A stretch of DNA of 64,000 nucleotides from the NCBI GenBank assembly GCA_018302765.1, contig JAGVZG010000002.1, positions 32,001 through 96,000 on the forward strand. Direction: 5' to 3'. The notes under the pieces are model-generated. The model did no database searches. It had not been told where the DNA came from and saw nothing but the letters and a program-made list of their open reading frames with translations. This DNA is from Candidatus Woesearchaeota archaeon (GTDB lineage Archaea > Nanobdellota > Nanobdellia > SCGC-AAA011-G17 > GW2011-AR18). The position numbers were made by a program, and so were the translations under genes. Positions 36,625 to 46,041 of this stretch are shown one piece after another. Position 1 is the stretch's first letter. The number at the start of each line of letters is the position of its first letter.

Positions 36625-37248
36625 ATGAAAATATATGATATAAGTATGGAATTAAAAGAAGGAATGATTGTATATTCAAATAATACTGATTTTAAAATAA
36701 AGCAAGTTAATTTTATACCAAATAGTAATACAAATGAGTCATTGCTGAGTTTTAGTACTCATACAGGAACTCATGTTGATTCTCCCAGACATATTAACAA
36801 TAAAGGTAAAACAGTTGATCAAATACCTTTAGGCAATCTAATCGGAAAATGCAGAGTTATTGATCTAACAAATATAATTTTTGAAATTAAAAAAGAAGAC
36901 ATTGTAAAATTTAAAATTAAAAGAAATGAAATAATATTACTTAAAACAAGAAATTCAAAATTCTTCAATAAATTCAATGAAAACTATATTCATTTAGGGT
37001 TTGATGCAGCAAAATACCTAGCACTTAAAAAAATTAGGTGCGTTGGTATAGATTACTTGAGTATTCAGAAATTCCATTCTGGGACACAGGAAGTACATAG
37101 AATTTTACTATCAAATAATGTAGCCATTATTGAAGGCTTAGATTTAAGCAATGTAAATGCAGGAAATTATCAATTAGTATGTTTGCCATTAAGGTTAATC
37201 GGGACAGATGGCGCACCAGCCAGAGCTGTTTTAATAAAAAATTATTAA
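36625..37248 (+). CDS. Cyclase family metallohydrolase (kynurenine formamidase-like)
   Basis: HTGTHVDSP, ILLKT, VGIDYLS, H...IIEGL, DGAPARA. Confidence 0.92.
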   Translation: MKIYDISMELKEGMIVYSNNTDFKIKQVNFIPNSNTNESLLSFSTHTGTHVDSPRHINNKGKTVDQIPLGNLIGKCRVIDLTNIIFEIKKEDIVKFKIKRNEIILLKTRNSKFFNKFNENYIHLGFDAAKYLALKKIRCVGIDYLSIQKFHSGTQEVHRILLSNNVAIIEGLDLSNVNAGNYQLVCLPLRLIGTDGAPARAVLIKNY

Positions 37249-37389
37249 ATATACTTTAAGAATTATATAATAATTGAAAGAAAATAATTTAAATTATAGA
37301 TATTAAGTTTTTTCATGGCAGCTCTTGATAATGTAATAAGAACTGCACTAGCTGCAAGACAAATATAATTATTTTTAAAATTAATAATA

Positions 37390-38286
37390 CTATTTCCTCT
37401 CAAATTTATGCCCACCAAATTCATTGCGAATGCTAGCAACAACTTTAGCTCTAAAAGTTTCCTTCTTTCTGGATTTAATTCTTTCAAGAATTGCCTGATG
37501 CAATTCAGGCATTTCAGAAAGTTTCTCTAAGTGCTTCATTTCTTCCTCAGTTTCGCCATGAGGAACAATACCTTTAACGTGCTTTAAACCTGGATCTTTT
37601 TTTAATGCATTATTCAACCAATTTACTAACTTTGATTCAATAATGCTTTTATGAGAGTAAACTCTAGCTACTTCTTCAAGATTAAAACCAAATTTATTTT
37701 TATGGTTATTAAGTGCTTCAAATCCTTCTCCCAGTGCTTCTAACATTCCGTATTCTATACCATTGTGCACCATTTTTACAAAATGGCCTGCACCAGCATT
37801 TCCCATATATCCATAACTATCTTTAACTGCTAAATTCCTAAACAAAAATTCTAATTGTTTGTATATATTTTTATCACCGCCAACCATCAGGCAAGCACCG
37901 TGCCTTGCACTTTCTAATCCACCAGAAGTTCCAACATCAACAAAATTTATTCCATGCTCTTTTAATTTATTGTATCTTCTAATTGAATCTTTATAATAAG
38001 AATTTCCGCCATCAATTATTATATCTCCTTTTGATAACAAAGAAATTAAGTCAGCTATTATAGAATCAACAGCACTTGAAGTTACCATAATCCAAATTAT
38101 TTTTTTATTGGAAAGTTTACTTACAAATTCATGCAAAGAATATGAAGGAATTGCACCTTTTTTTGACAATTCTCTAACTGGTTCTGGAGATCTATTATAA
38201 ACAACAACCTTTTGTTTCTTATCTAATAAATTCATGACCATACGGGAACCCATTCTTCCCAAACCAATAAAACCAACAACAGCCAT
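37390..38286 (-). CDS. gnd: 6-phosphogluconate dehydrogenase, decarboxylating (short type)
   Basis: IGLGRMG, IIDGGNS, DVGTSGG, GHFVKMVHNGIEY, RNEFGGH. Confidence 0.95.
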   Translation of the reverse strand: MAVVGFIGLGRMGSRMVMNLLDKKQKVVVYNRSPEPVRELSKKGAIPSYSLHEFVSKLSNKKIIWIMVTSSAVDSIIADLISLLSKGDIIIDGGNSYYKDSIRRYNKLKEHGINFVDVGTSGGLESARHGACLMVGGDKNIYKQLEFLFRNLAVKDSYGYMGNAGAGHFVKMVHNGIEYGMLEALGEGFEALNNHKNKFGFNLEEVARVYSHKSIIESKLVNWLNNALKKDPGLKHVKGIVPHGETEEEMKHLEKLSEMPELHQAILERIKSRKKETFRAKVVASIRNEFGGHKFERK

Positions 38287-38302
38287 TTAATCACCAAAAA
38301 CC

Positions 38303-38527
38303 TTACTTGAATTTTCCCTCTTTTGACAAACCTTCTATTGCAGCATTTAATTTATCTTCATATTTCTTTAAATCTCCAGCTAGTTCTCTATATATTGCTG
38401 CACATAAAGGATGACCTGCTTTTTCTGCATCTGGTACGTAATATTTTTCCAATCTATGTCTTAAAGGACATAAATGAATCAGAAGTTTTGCTTTGTTATA
38501 ATTACAATTATCTTTCATAAATACCAC
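38303..38527 (-). CDS. Small helical protein, possibly ferritin-like half fold
   Basis: 74 aa, SD-like gaggtgg upstream, helical pattern DAEKAGHPLCAAIYREL. Confidence 0.65.
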   Translation of the reverse strand: MVFMKDNCNYNKAKLLIHLCPLRHRLEKYYVPDAEKAGHPLCAAIYRELAGDLKKYEDKLNAAIEGLSKEGKFK

Positions 38528-38638
38528 CTCTTAATTATTATATATAGAATAAGTTTTTGTATATAAATCTTGGGTTTAAATTGTGAACAACCCAAAATTT
38601 AAATAGTCCCATAGTTTTAAAATTGTAAAAGAGGTAAA

Positions 38639-39595
38639 ATGTTTGACGTCATAACTGTGGGCTCTGCAACAAGAGACATATTCTTAGATGCTAGCTTTCT
38701 TAAGAAAAAACAAGATTACTTATGTCTAGATTGCGGCTATAAATTTGATATAGAAAAACCATTTATTCAAACTGGTGGTGGAGCAACAAACACTGCAGTT
38801 TCATTTTCAAGACTTGGAATAAAAACAGCAATATTAACCAAAGTAGGAAATGATGGCCCAGGTTACTCTGTAAAAAAAACGCTGCAGGATGAAAATGTAA
38901 ATACGGGTTTTATTCAAACAGATGATAAATTAGGTACAGCAATGTCTATAGTTATATGGAAAGAAAAAGACAGAACAATATTTACATACAGAGGTGCTTC
39001 AGAAAACATAAAATTAAAACATTTTAATAAAATGAAAACAAAGTGGTTGTATATAACAGCATTGAGGGGAAATTCAATAAAAATGTTAAAAGACCTATTG
39101 GTTTATGCTCACAAAAAAGGAATAAAAGTAGCAATGAATCCAGGAAGCAAAGAACTAGAAATAAAGTCTTTATTCAAATATGTGAATATTTTATTGCTAA
39201 ACAAAGAAGAATCTGAAATTCTGTCTAAAAATTTTGAAAATATAAGAGAAATAATGATGTCAATTAATGATTTGGGCCCAAAAACAATTGCAGTAACAAA
39301 TGGAAAAGAAAATGTATTTGTATTTAATAACAAAAAAATTTACTATGCTAAGCCTTATGATATAAAAATTAAAAGTACATTGGGAGCTGGAGATGCTTTT
39401 TGCTCTGGCTTTGTTGCTTCTATTATAAAAAACCAAAATGTGGAAGACGCAGTAAAATTAGGTTTGTTAAATTCATCATCAGTCATTCAGCATAAAGGGG
39501 CCAAAACAGGATTGTTGCATATTAAAAATATAAATAATTATGAAAATAGATTAAATCAAAAATTGATTGTTCATAAGGAGGAATTAGATTTATGA
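38639..39595 (+). CDS. PfkB/ribokinase family carbohydrate kinase
   Basis: GGGATNTAV...LG and STLGAGDAFCSGF signatures. Confidence 0.93.
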   Translation: MFDVITVGSATRDIFLDASFLKKKQDYLCLDCGYKFDIEKPFIQTGGGATNTAVSFSRLGIKTAILTKVGNDGPGYSVKKTLQDENVNTGFIQTDDKLGTAMSIVIWKEKDRTIFTYRGASENIKLKHFNKMKTKWLYITALRGNSIKMLKDLLVYAHKKGIKVAMNPGSKELEIKSLFKYVNILLLNKEESEILSKNFENIREIMMSINDLGPKTIAVTNGKENVFVFNNKKIYYAKPYDIKIKSTLGAGDAFCSGFVASIIKNQNVEDAVKLGLLNSSSVIQHKGAKTGLLHIKNINNYENRLNQKLIVHKEELDL

Positions 39596-40254
39596 TAAAC
39601 TTGGAAAAAAATTCAGGTTTAAAACTATTTTATAATTTAAAAACAAGAAATTTGGTTTCTAAAACATTATTTATACCTAAAGTCGATATTAGGAATTTAA
39701 ATGACATGAAAAATGTTTTAATGGATAAAGAAAGCAATGGTCCTAAAGAATTATATTACATGTATAGAAATATTCACATGCCTGAACATAGAGATATATT
39801 TAGTTTGCATGGTATGAGATATGATATTACAGTAATGCCACCAGCATTTATAGGAAAGGAATTCAATAAAACAAAAGGGCATCATCACAAAGGTGTAGAA
39901 ATATATGAGGTTCTTTATGGAGAAGCGCTTTATATATTTGAAACCAAAAAATATTTTCTAGTCATACACGCAAAAGCAGGAACTAGAGTTTATGTTCCTT
40001 ATGAAGCCTGGCATGTTACTATTAATCACAGAAACAGGTTTTTAATAATGGCAAACTTAATGCCAGAAGGAGTTCCATCAAACTATAAAGATTTGGAAAA
40101 AAGACATGGAATGGCTTATTATTATTTAAATGGCAATAGGTTTATACCAAATAAAAACTTTAGAAAACTTCCAAAAATAACAAAATTAAAGGCTAAAAGG
40201 TTTAAAGTTCCTATATACTGGCAATTTATAAAATCTCCAGGTAAATTAAAATGA
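39592..40254 (+). CDS. Cupin-type glucose-6-phosphate isomerase (archaeal PGI family)
   Basis: ELYYMYR, RYDITV, NKTKGHHH, EIYEVLYG, WHVTIN. Confidence 0.88.
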   Translation: MINLEKNSGLKLFYNLKTRNLVSKTLFIPKVDIRNLNDMKNVLMDKESNGPKELYYMYRNIHMPEHRDIFSLHGMRYDITVMPPAFIGKEFNKTKGHHHKGVEIYEVLYGEALYIFETKKYFLVIHAKAGTRVYVPYEAWHVTINHRNRFLIMANLMPEGVPSNYKDLEKRHGMAYYYLNGNRFIPNKNFRKLPKITKLKAKRFKVPIYWQFIKSPGKLK

Positions 40255-41057
40255 AAGTAATAGGTGTAGATATTGGCGGGACAAAAATAGAAGCTGCACT
40301 AATAGAAAATGGTGTAGTAAAAAATATAAGCAGAGCAGAGACATTATCTTTTACTAATAAATACTTGATATTACAGAACATTGAACATTGCATATCAGAA
40401 GTATTTGTTCATGATGTTCAGGGAATTGGTATTGGAATTCCTGGCATTGCAGACAAATCTGGAAAAATATTGTTCATGTCGCATATCAAAAAGATTATTG
40501 GTGTAAATCTAAATGAATTTATTAGTGAAAAATTTAATAAACCAACATCTATAGAGAATGATGCAAAGTGCTTTACACTTGCTGAATACCTATATGGAGC
40601 AGGAAAAGATCACTCTAATGTTGTGGGCTTAATTCTTGGCACAGGAATAGGCGCAGGATTAATATTGGATGATAAATTATATAGAGGAACAGATGGTGGA
40701 GCTGGAGAACTAGGACATAACTTGATATTCTTGAATAATAAAAAACTAGCTGAATTTGAAGAATTATGCAGTGCAAATGCTGTAATTAAAAAACAGAAAA
40801 AATTATCTAAGAATCTAAGCAAAGAATTCTATAAATATTTAGCTGTAAACATTGCAAACATAGTTAACATATTTAATCCTGAGATTATTGTAATTGGCGG
40901 TGGCCTAAGCAATTACTTAGATTATAAATTATTAAACAAGAAAGTTAAATCTTATTCTATACCTGTAAATAAGAATAGCTTTAAAATAGTAAAAAATAAG
41001 CTTGGTTCTGGATCTGGATTAATCGGAGCTGCAGGTCTTGTTTCTTTTAATAAATAA
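40251..41057 (+). CDS. ROK family sugar kinase (probable glucokinase)
   Basis: GVDIGGTKI, GIGIPG, ENDAKC, LGTGIG, GELGH; Cys-rich Zn motif absent. Confidence 0.92.
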   Translation: MKVIGVDIGGTKIEAALIENGVVKNISRAETLSFTNKYLILQNIEHCISEVFVHDVQGIGIGIPGIADKSGKILFMSHIKKIIGVNLNEFISEKFNKPTSIENDAKCFTLAEYLYGAGKDHSNVVGLILGTGIGAGLILDDKLYRGTDGGAGELGHNLIFLNNKKLAEFEELCSANAVIKKQKKLSKNLSKEFYKYLAVNIANIVNIFNPEIIVIGGGLSNYLDYKLLNKKVKSYSIPVNKNSFKIVKNKLGSGSGLIGAAGLVSFNK

Positions 41058-41128
41058 ATTATGGAATATTTAAAGAACTTGCTTTCTGTATAAGAAAACT
41101 ATAAAAATATGGTTCTATCTATAATTTT

Positions 41129-41905
41129 ATGGGTTTTTTAGACAAGATAAAAAATTTATTTTCAGAACAGGAATTTCCTGTAAAGAGTGTTAGAAAGGCA
41201 CCTGAAGAATCTAAAGAAGAAATTAAAACTGAAGAAGTTGCAGAAGAACATACTCAAGAAAAAAATGTTGCAGAACAAGATAAACCTATTGTAGAATTCA
41301 ATCCTCAAGAGAAACAGGAATTATTAGATATTCTGGATTCTGCTAAAGTTGATATTAACAACCTGGCTTTAGATAAAATACAAAGTGAATCAGAAACTAT
41401 AAGCAATTATGTCAAGGTTTTAATAAAAGACCTGGGACTACATCAAGATTTTAAAAATGAGAAAGAAAAACAAGAAGATGTGATAAAAGCAATAGGAAGC
41501 AAAGTAAGATTAATCAACAATCATGGACTAGAATTAAAAAATCTTTTGGCAAATTTAGAGAACCATTATTATGATCCCATACTTAGTGCTCTAAAAAAGG
41601 TTAATAAGAAAACCAAGAAAGATGAAATTCAAAAATTAATTGATGATTTAGAAAAAGATCTTGAAATTGTTAAAATATTAGATACGCAAATAACAAAAGT
41701 TATTGGCTATAATGATCTATTTAATCCTAATAAGAATCCTACTTATAAGGAAGATATAGAAAAAGAGGCTGTTAAAAGAGTTATTCATGGAGATTTGAAT
41801 GAATTGCTTAGCAACATGCTAGTGGCTGTTACAGACAGAACTCTTAGTGTTAAGAATAAAATAGAAAAATCCAATACTTTAGAAAGTGCTAAAAGTTTGT
41901 TTTAA
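41129..41905 (+). CDS. Hypothetical coiled-coil protein
   Basis: MGFLDKIKNLF amphipathic N-terminus, acidic linker, helical body. Confidence 0.65.
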   Translation: MGFLDKIKNLFSEQEFPVKSVRKAPEESKEEIKTEEVAEEHTQEKNVAEQDKPIVEFNPQEKQELLDILDSAKVDINNLALDKIQSESETISNYVKVLIKDLGLHQDFKNEKEKQEDVIKAIGSKVRLINNHGLELKNLLANLENHYYDPILSALKKVNKKTKKDEIQKLIDDLEKDLEIVKILDTQITKVIGYNDLFNPNKNPTYKEDIEKEAVKRVIHGDLNELLSNMLVAVTDRTLSVKNKIEKSNTLESAKSLF

Positions 41906-41947
41906 TATCATCCAAAGACTTATATATTTTAGTGTGGTGGTAAGAAT

Positions 41948-42514
41948 ATGTTAAACAAATCAGAGTTTGAAGCTATAAGAAAAGAACTAAATGAGTTTGA
42001 AGCAAAAAGAGAAGAAACAATACAAGTTTCTAGAGAAATAATAACTTTATCCAAACAAATTATTTATTCTGTTCATAGAGGTGACTTAAATGGCGCTTTA
42101 AAATTAATTAAAGATATTAAAAATAAAATAAAATTACTAGATAAAAGAAAAAATTATGACACAGGAATAAGTGGTGTTGCATTTCAGGAATATGTTGAAG
42201 CTATAACATTTTATGAATTAATTAAAAATGAAAAATTGCCTACAAAGAAAGAATTAGATGTTGAAGTAGAAGCTTTTCTTAGTGGATTAGCTGACTTAAC
42301 AGGAGAACTAGGAAGAAAGGCAGTTCACGATGCTATAAAAAAGGATTTCAAGAGTGTGTTAAGAATTAAAGAAGTAGTAGAGGATATTTATGGTGAATTC
42401 TTGAAATTTGATTTAAGAAACGGCGAATTAAGAAAAAAATCAGATGCAATTAAATGGAACCTAAACAAACTAGAAGACATGGTGTTTAGCTTGAACTTAA
42501 GTTCTAGAATGTAA
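41948..42514 (+). CDS. Translin/TRAX (archaeal C3PO-like) protein
   Basis: SREIITLSKQIIYSVHRGD, QEYVEA, GLADLTGELGR, LRKKSD. Confidence 0.9.
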   Translation: MLNKSEFEAIRKELNEFEAKREETIQVSREIITLSKQIIYSVHRGDLNGALKLIKDIKNKIKLLDKRKNYDTGISGVAFQEYVEAITFYELIKNEKLPTKKELDVEVEAFLSGLADLTGELGRKAVHDAIKKDFKSVLRIKEVVEDIYGEFLKFDLRNGELRKKSDAIKWNLNKLEDMVFSLNLSSRM

Positions 42515-43138
42515 TTATTCTTCAAATATTTTTTTAATCTCATCTAAAATTTTATGTAGTTTATCTAATTCTATGTCAAATTTTAAGAGATAATAACTTC
42601 TTCCAATACTTTTAGATTTTAAATGAACCAATTCTCTTGTTGCATTAATATCTTCTTCTAATATTAATCCTTTTATTGTATCTATACATTCTTCTGTTAA
42701 TTTAATTAACAAATCCAATTTGTCTTCTAATTTTAATACTTTTTCTAAAATATCTTTATATTGTATTGTTATATTCTTTTCACCTTTATATAATTTTTCA
42801 AGTTCTGGTTCTAATTTTTTTAATTTATTTTTTATAATATTAATTCTGACACTAACTTGTTTTTCTCCATCTAAAAGCCACTTTGCTGAAAGTAAAACAT
42901 CTTGATATTTGTCATTTTTTATATTTTCTCTGATATCCTTATGCCATCTATTCATTTCCTGAACGTCTGAATGCACTCCTTTTATATCTTCAATAATAGA
43001 ATCAATTCTTAATCTTTTTTTATATTCAGTTGTACCATCTAATTGTAAATATTTAAAATAAAGTGTTCCGCTTGTTGCTAAACTAGCTGCTAAAAATAAA
43101 ATTCCTGCTTTTTTTCTAAAAAATTTTAATATGCTCAT
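42515..43138 (-). CDS. Membrane-anchored coiled-coil protein
   Basis: N-terminal TM helix then heptad-rich helices; overlaps the minD stop. Confidence 0.6.
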   Translation of the reverse strand: MSILKFFRKKAGILFLAASLATSGTLYFKYLQLDGTTEYKKRLRIDSIIEDIKGVHSDVQEMNRWHKDIRENIKNDKYQDVLLSAKWLLDGEKQVSVRINIIKNKLKKLEPELEKLYKGEKNITIQYKDILEKVLKLEDKLDLLIKLTEECIDTIKGLILEEDINATRELVHLKSKSIGRSYYLLKFDIELDKLHKILDEIKKIFEE

Positions 43139-43953
43139 TTATAATAAGCCAAACTCTTACTAAAATTATGGGTTGCTAATTTGCTGAAATCGTCTTTCAA
43201 GAACCCGACAACCTTCTGATGCCATGGCGGTTCTTTGTAAGAAGCATTAACCATTTTGGCAGCCATACTCTTATAAGACAAAGAAACACTAGAATTTGGA
43301 TTTATCATTGTTATTGGTTTAACCTTACTTAAAGCCTCTAAAACTCTGACATTATCTTGAATTATTCCAAGTAAGGGCACACCGCTTAGTCTTTCCATGT
43401 CTGCAGGTTTAAGCTCGAAGTCTTTGCCTCTTACTTTATTCAAAATCATGCCTTTAATTTTCATGTTTTTTTCTTTAGCAAGCTTTACAGCCCTTAGGGT
43501 TGTGCTTAAAGTTGGTAAATCCGGAGTGCTTATTACATATAAGTCATCAGAAGCAGCAATTGTTGCCAACAATTCTTCATTTAATGTTGGAGAAGAATCT
43601 AATAAAACAACATCATAATGGTTCTTTAACTGCTGGACTTTTTCCTTTAGCTTCAGGTAGTTTGAAGAACTAATGCTGCTTCCCAAACCTCCAGGGAGAA
43701 CATGAAAACCAAATTCATGCTCTTTCAGAGCGTCGTTCAACTTTGTTTTTCCAGTTAAAACTTCATGTACAGAATGCCTTCCGTTTATATTTCCCAGGTG
43801 CAAAGAAATGTTTGGAGAAGAAAAATTAGCATCAATAACAGCAACTTTTTTACCAAAGTCATGAGTTAAAACATAAGCTAGATTAACAACAGAAGTTGTC
43901 TTACCAACACCGCCTTTAATTGAAATTATTCCTATTGATTTTCCTTTAATCAA
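43135..43953 (-). CDS. MinD/ParA family ATPase
   Basis: KGGVGKTT deviant Walker A, IDANFSSPN, LLDSSP, GMILNK. Confidence 0.92.
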   Translation of the reverse strand: MIKGKSIGIISIKGGVGKTTSVVNLAYVLTHDFGKKVAVIDANFSSPNISLHLGNINGRHSVHEVLTGKTKLNDALKEHEFGFHVLPGGLGSSISSSNYLKLKEKVQQLKNHYDVVLLDSSPTLNEELLATIAASDDLYVISTPDLPTLSTTLRAVKLAKEKNMKIKGMILNKVRGKDFELKPADMERLSGVPLLGIIQDNVRVLEALSKVKPITMINPNSSVSLSYKSMAAKMVNASYKEPPWHQKVVGFLKDDFSKLATHNFSKSLAYYK

Positions 43954-44482
43954 ACTTATACACCTCTTTTAATCTCTGCATTATTTGATCTTTTGTCTCT
44001 GCTTTTATCTTCTTTATTTGGGCTTTATTAAGTTTTTCATTAGTCTCATTGACGCTTATATTCTTATTATTTTTAGTTTTAGTGACTGGCTTAGTGACTT
44101 TTTTTTGAAATATTGCAGGATCTAACATTGTAACCAAAAGCTTTTTTGCAGTTACATTTTTGACTTTTTCAAGAACATTTTCCCTTGGAATCTCATTCAG
44201 GATTGATAAGCTCTCTGCCTGCTCTATTTTAAACTTAAGGCAAAACAACATTGCTTCTTTTGTATTGCATTCTAACAGATCATCAGCTAATTTTTTATCC
44301 TGATGAACATCTCTAACCCAGTTATAGAAATCATTTTTGCTGTCGTTAACATGCTGAGAAAATAATTCATTCGGCAGATGCTTTAATACACTATATAATT
44401 CATTTATACCAGATACACTTCTGCCGTCTGCTAGCCAAAATATTTTATCCTTTGGAACATTACTCAATATATCAACACCCAT
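43946..44482 (-). CDS. DUF5752-like domain protein with C-terminal extension
   Basis: FWLADG...ELYSVL...FSQHVNDSKNDFYNWVRDV. Confidence 0.7.
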   Translation of the reverse strand: MGVDILSNVPKDKIFWLADGRSVSGINELYSVLKHLPNELFSQHVNDSKNDFYNWVRDVHQDKKLADDLLECNTKEAMLFCLKFKIEQAESLSILNEIPRENVLEKVKNVTAKKLLVTMLDPAIFQKKVTKPVTKTKNNKNISVNETNEKLNKAQIKKIKAETKDQIMQRLKEVYKFD

Positions 44483-44486
44483 TTTT

Positions 44487-44846
44487 TTATTTTGCCAATT
44501 TCTTAATTATTTTCTCCATTTTGTTATTAATATACTTATGCAAAGCCAGCTCAGTCTCCAACTTATTATTAAACTTCTTTAACTCATTAGCTAAGAAATC
44601 ATCTCTAAAAACATCTTTAACCCAACTACTAAAATCATTCCTCATATCATTAACATGATGCCTAAATACATCTTCAGGTATTTTTTCTAAAGCATGCATG
44701 AGATCCTTCAGATCTTTTAGTTTCTCTCCATTTGCAAGGACAAAATGATACTTTTCCGGAGTTTCACCATAAACTTCCTTTGTGACCCAAATCTCAGCTC
44801 TTTCTTTTGGTCTAGAAACAGATTTAATTTTTTTCATTTTAATCAC
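44487..44846 (-). CDS. DUF5752-like domain protein (paralogue of neighbour)
   Basis: FVLANG...DLMHAL...FRHHVNDMRNDFSSWVKDV. Confidence 0.72.
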   Translation of the reverse strand: MIKMKKIKSVSRPKERAEIWVTKEVYGETPEKYHFVLANGEKLKDLKDLMHALEKIPEDVFRHHVNDMRNDFSSWVKDVFRDDFLANELKKFNNKLETELALHKYINNKMEKIIKKLAK

Positions 44847-46041
44847 CTCTTTTCTTGTCTTCCAATCTTAAATTTATATCATTTAGCACATTCATGAAAG
44901 TTATGAATGAATCATATGGACTATCATAAGGATTAAAATATTTATGCACATCCCCATCCGCAAACCACTTAGTGCACATATAATAAAAGTGGTCGCTTGT
45001 CTGCATTTTGCGCCAAGCTTCTACAAGGTGCTTATTGCTATTTTTCTTTATAATTTTTTCTACATTGTATAATTTCTGCAGAGCTTCCTGCTGCATTTTG
45101 TTTCCAAGCCAGGCAGAAGTGTCTCTTTCCAGATCAGCCCATGAAATAAAATGAGGAATATCTATCTCGTCTCTAACTTTGTAGCTGTCTGCAACTTCAG
45201 AAGGAGTCTTAAAATTATTGTCTGGATTTTTGAGCAACTCTTCAGGAAGTTTACCCATAAAATCAAATATTCCTGTTTCATGCCACTGATGTTCTCCAAG
45301 AGTTTCATAATCCATAAAAAGATTAACGCATTCACCATTTCCATTTATTGCACTTATCCATTGCGCATATCTGTCAGCTGTTAGAGGCCATTCTTCCCAG
45401 CTTCTTTCAGAAAATCTAAATGCAATGTCATCAGACAGCTTATAATTCTTTAATAATAATTTTATACTGCAATTCTTAGGTCTGTAAACAAAATTTGGAC
45501 TTTTCCAACCTAAAACTCTCTCCCATCCTTCTGCCAATATTGCCTTGTAGCCCATACCTTCTATAAACTGTGCAAGCTCATTATTATAAATTAATTCAGT
45601 ATTTCTAAAAACCCTTGGTTTATAACTGAATATGTCATTAATTTTTTCTTTATGGAGATTAACCTGCTCTTTAAACTCTTTTTTTGAATACAAAAAAGCC
45701 AAAGAATGATAGTATGTTTCAGACAGCAACTCTACTCTTCCTGTGTCAACCAATTTTTTAAAAGAGTCAATTACTTCTGGATAATATTTTTCAAGTTGCT
45801 CTAAAACAGTTCCTGACAAAGAGTAGCTTAATTTAAATTCTGGATGTCTTTTTAATAAATCCAGCATTAATTTATTTGCAGGAAGGTAAGACTTATTGGC
45901 TACTTTTCTTAGTACTGCTTCATTATTTAGCTTTAAATGATGTTTTTCCTCAAAATAATCACTAGAGCCTATGTCAAAAATACTATACTTTCTTAATCTA
46001 AACGGCTGGTGCACTTGAAAATAAAAGCAGACACTTACCAT
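44839..46041 (-). CDS. Glycoside hydrolase family 57 (alpha-amylase type)
   Basis: FQVHQP, ETYYHS, FRNTEL, FMDYETLGEH, QTSDHFYY. Confidence 0.94.
   Translation of the reverse strand: MVSVCFYFQVHQPFRLRKYSIFDIGSSDYFEEKHHLKLNNEAVLRKVANKSYLPANKLMLDLLKRHPEFKLSYSLSGTVLEQLEKYYPEVIDSFKKLVDTGRVELLSETYYHSLAFLYSKKEFKEQVNLHKEKINDIFSYKPRVFRNTELIYNNELAQFIEGMGYKAILAEGWERVLGWKSPNFVYRPKNCSIKLLLKNYKLSDDIAFRFSERSWEEWPLTADRYAQWISAINGNGECVNLFMDYETLGEHQWHETGIFDFMGKLPEELLKNPDNNFKTPSEVADSYKVRDEIDIPHFISWADLERDTSAWLGNKMQQEALQKLYNVEKIIKKNSNKHLVEAWRKMQTSDHFYYMCTKWFADGDVHKYFNPYDSPYDSFITFMNVLNDINLRLEDKKRGD

Noticed and set aside
37263-37487. 74-aa ORF overlapping the gnd 3' end
   Set aside because: Alternative frame overlapping gnd by ~100 bp, with no motif
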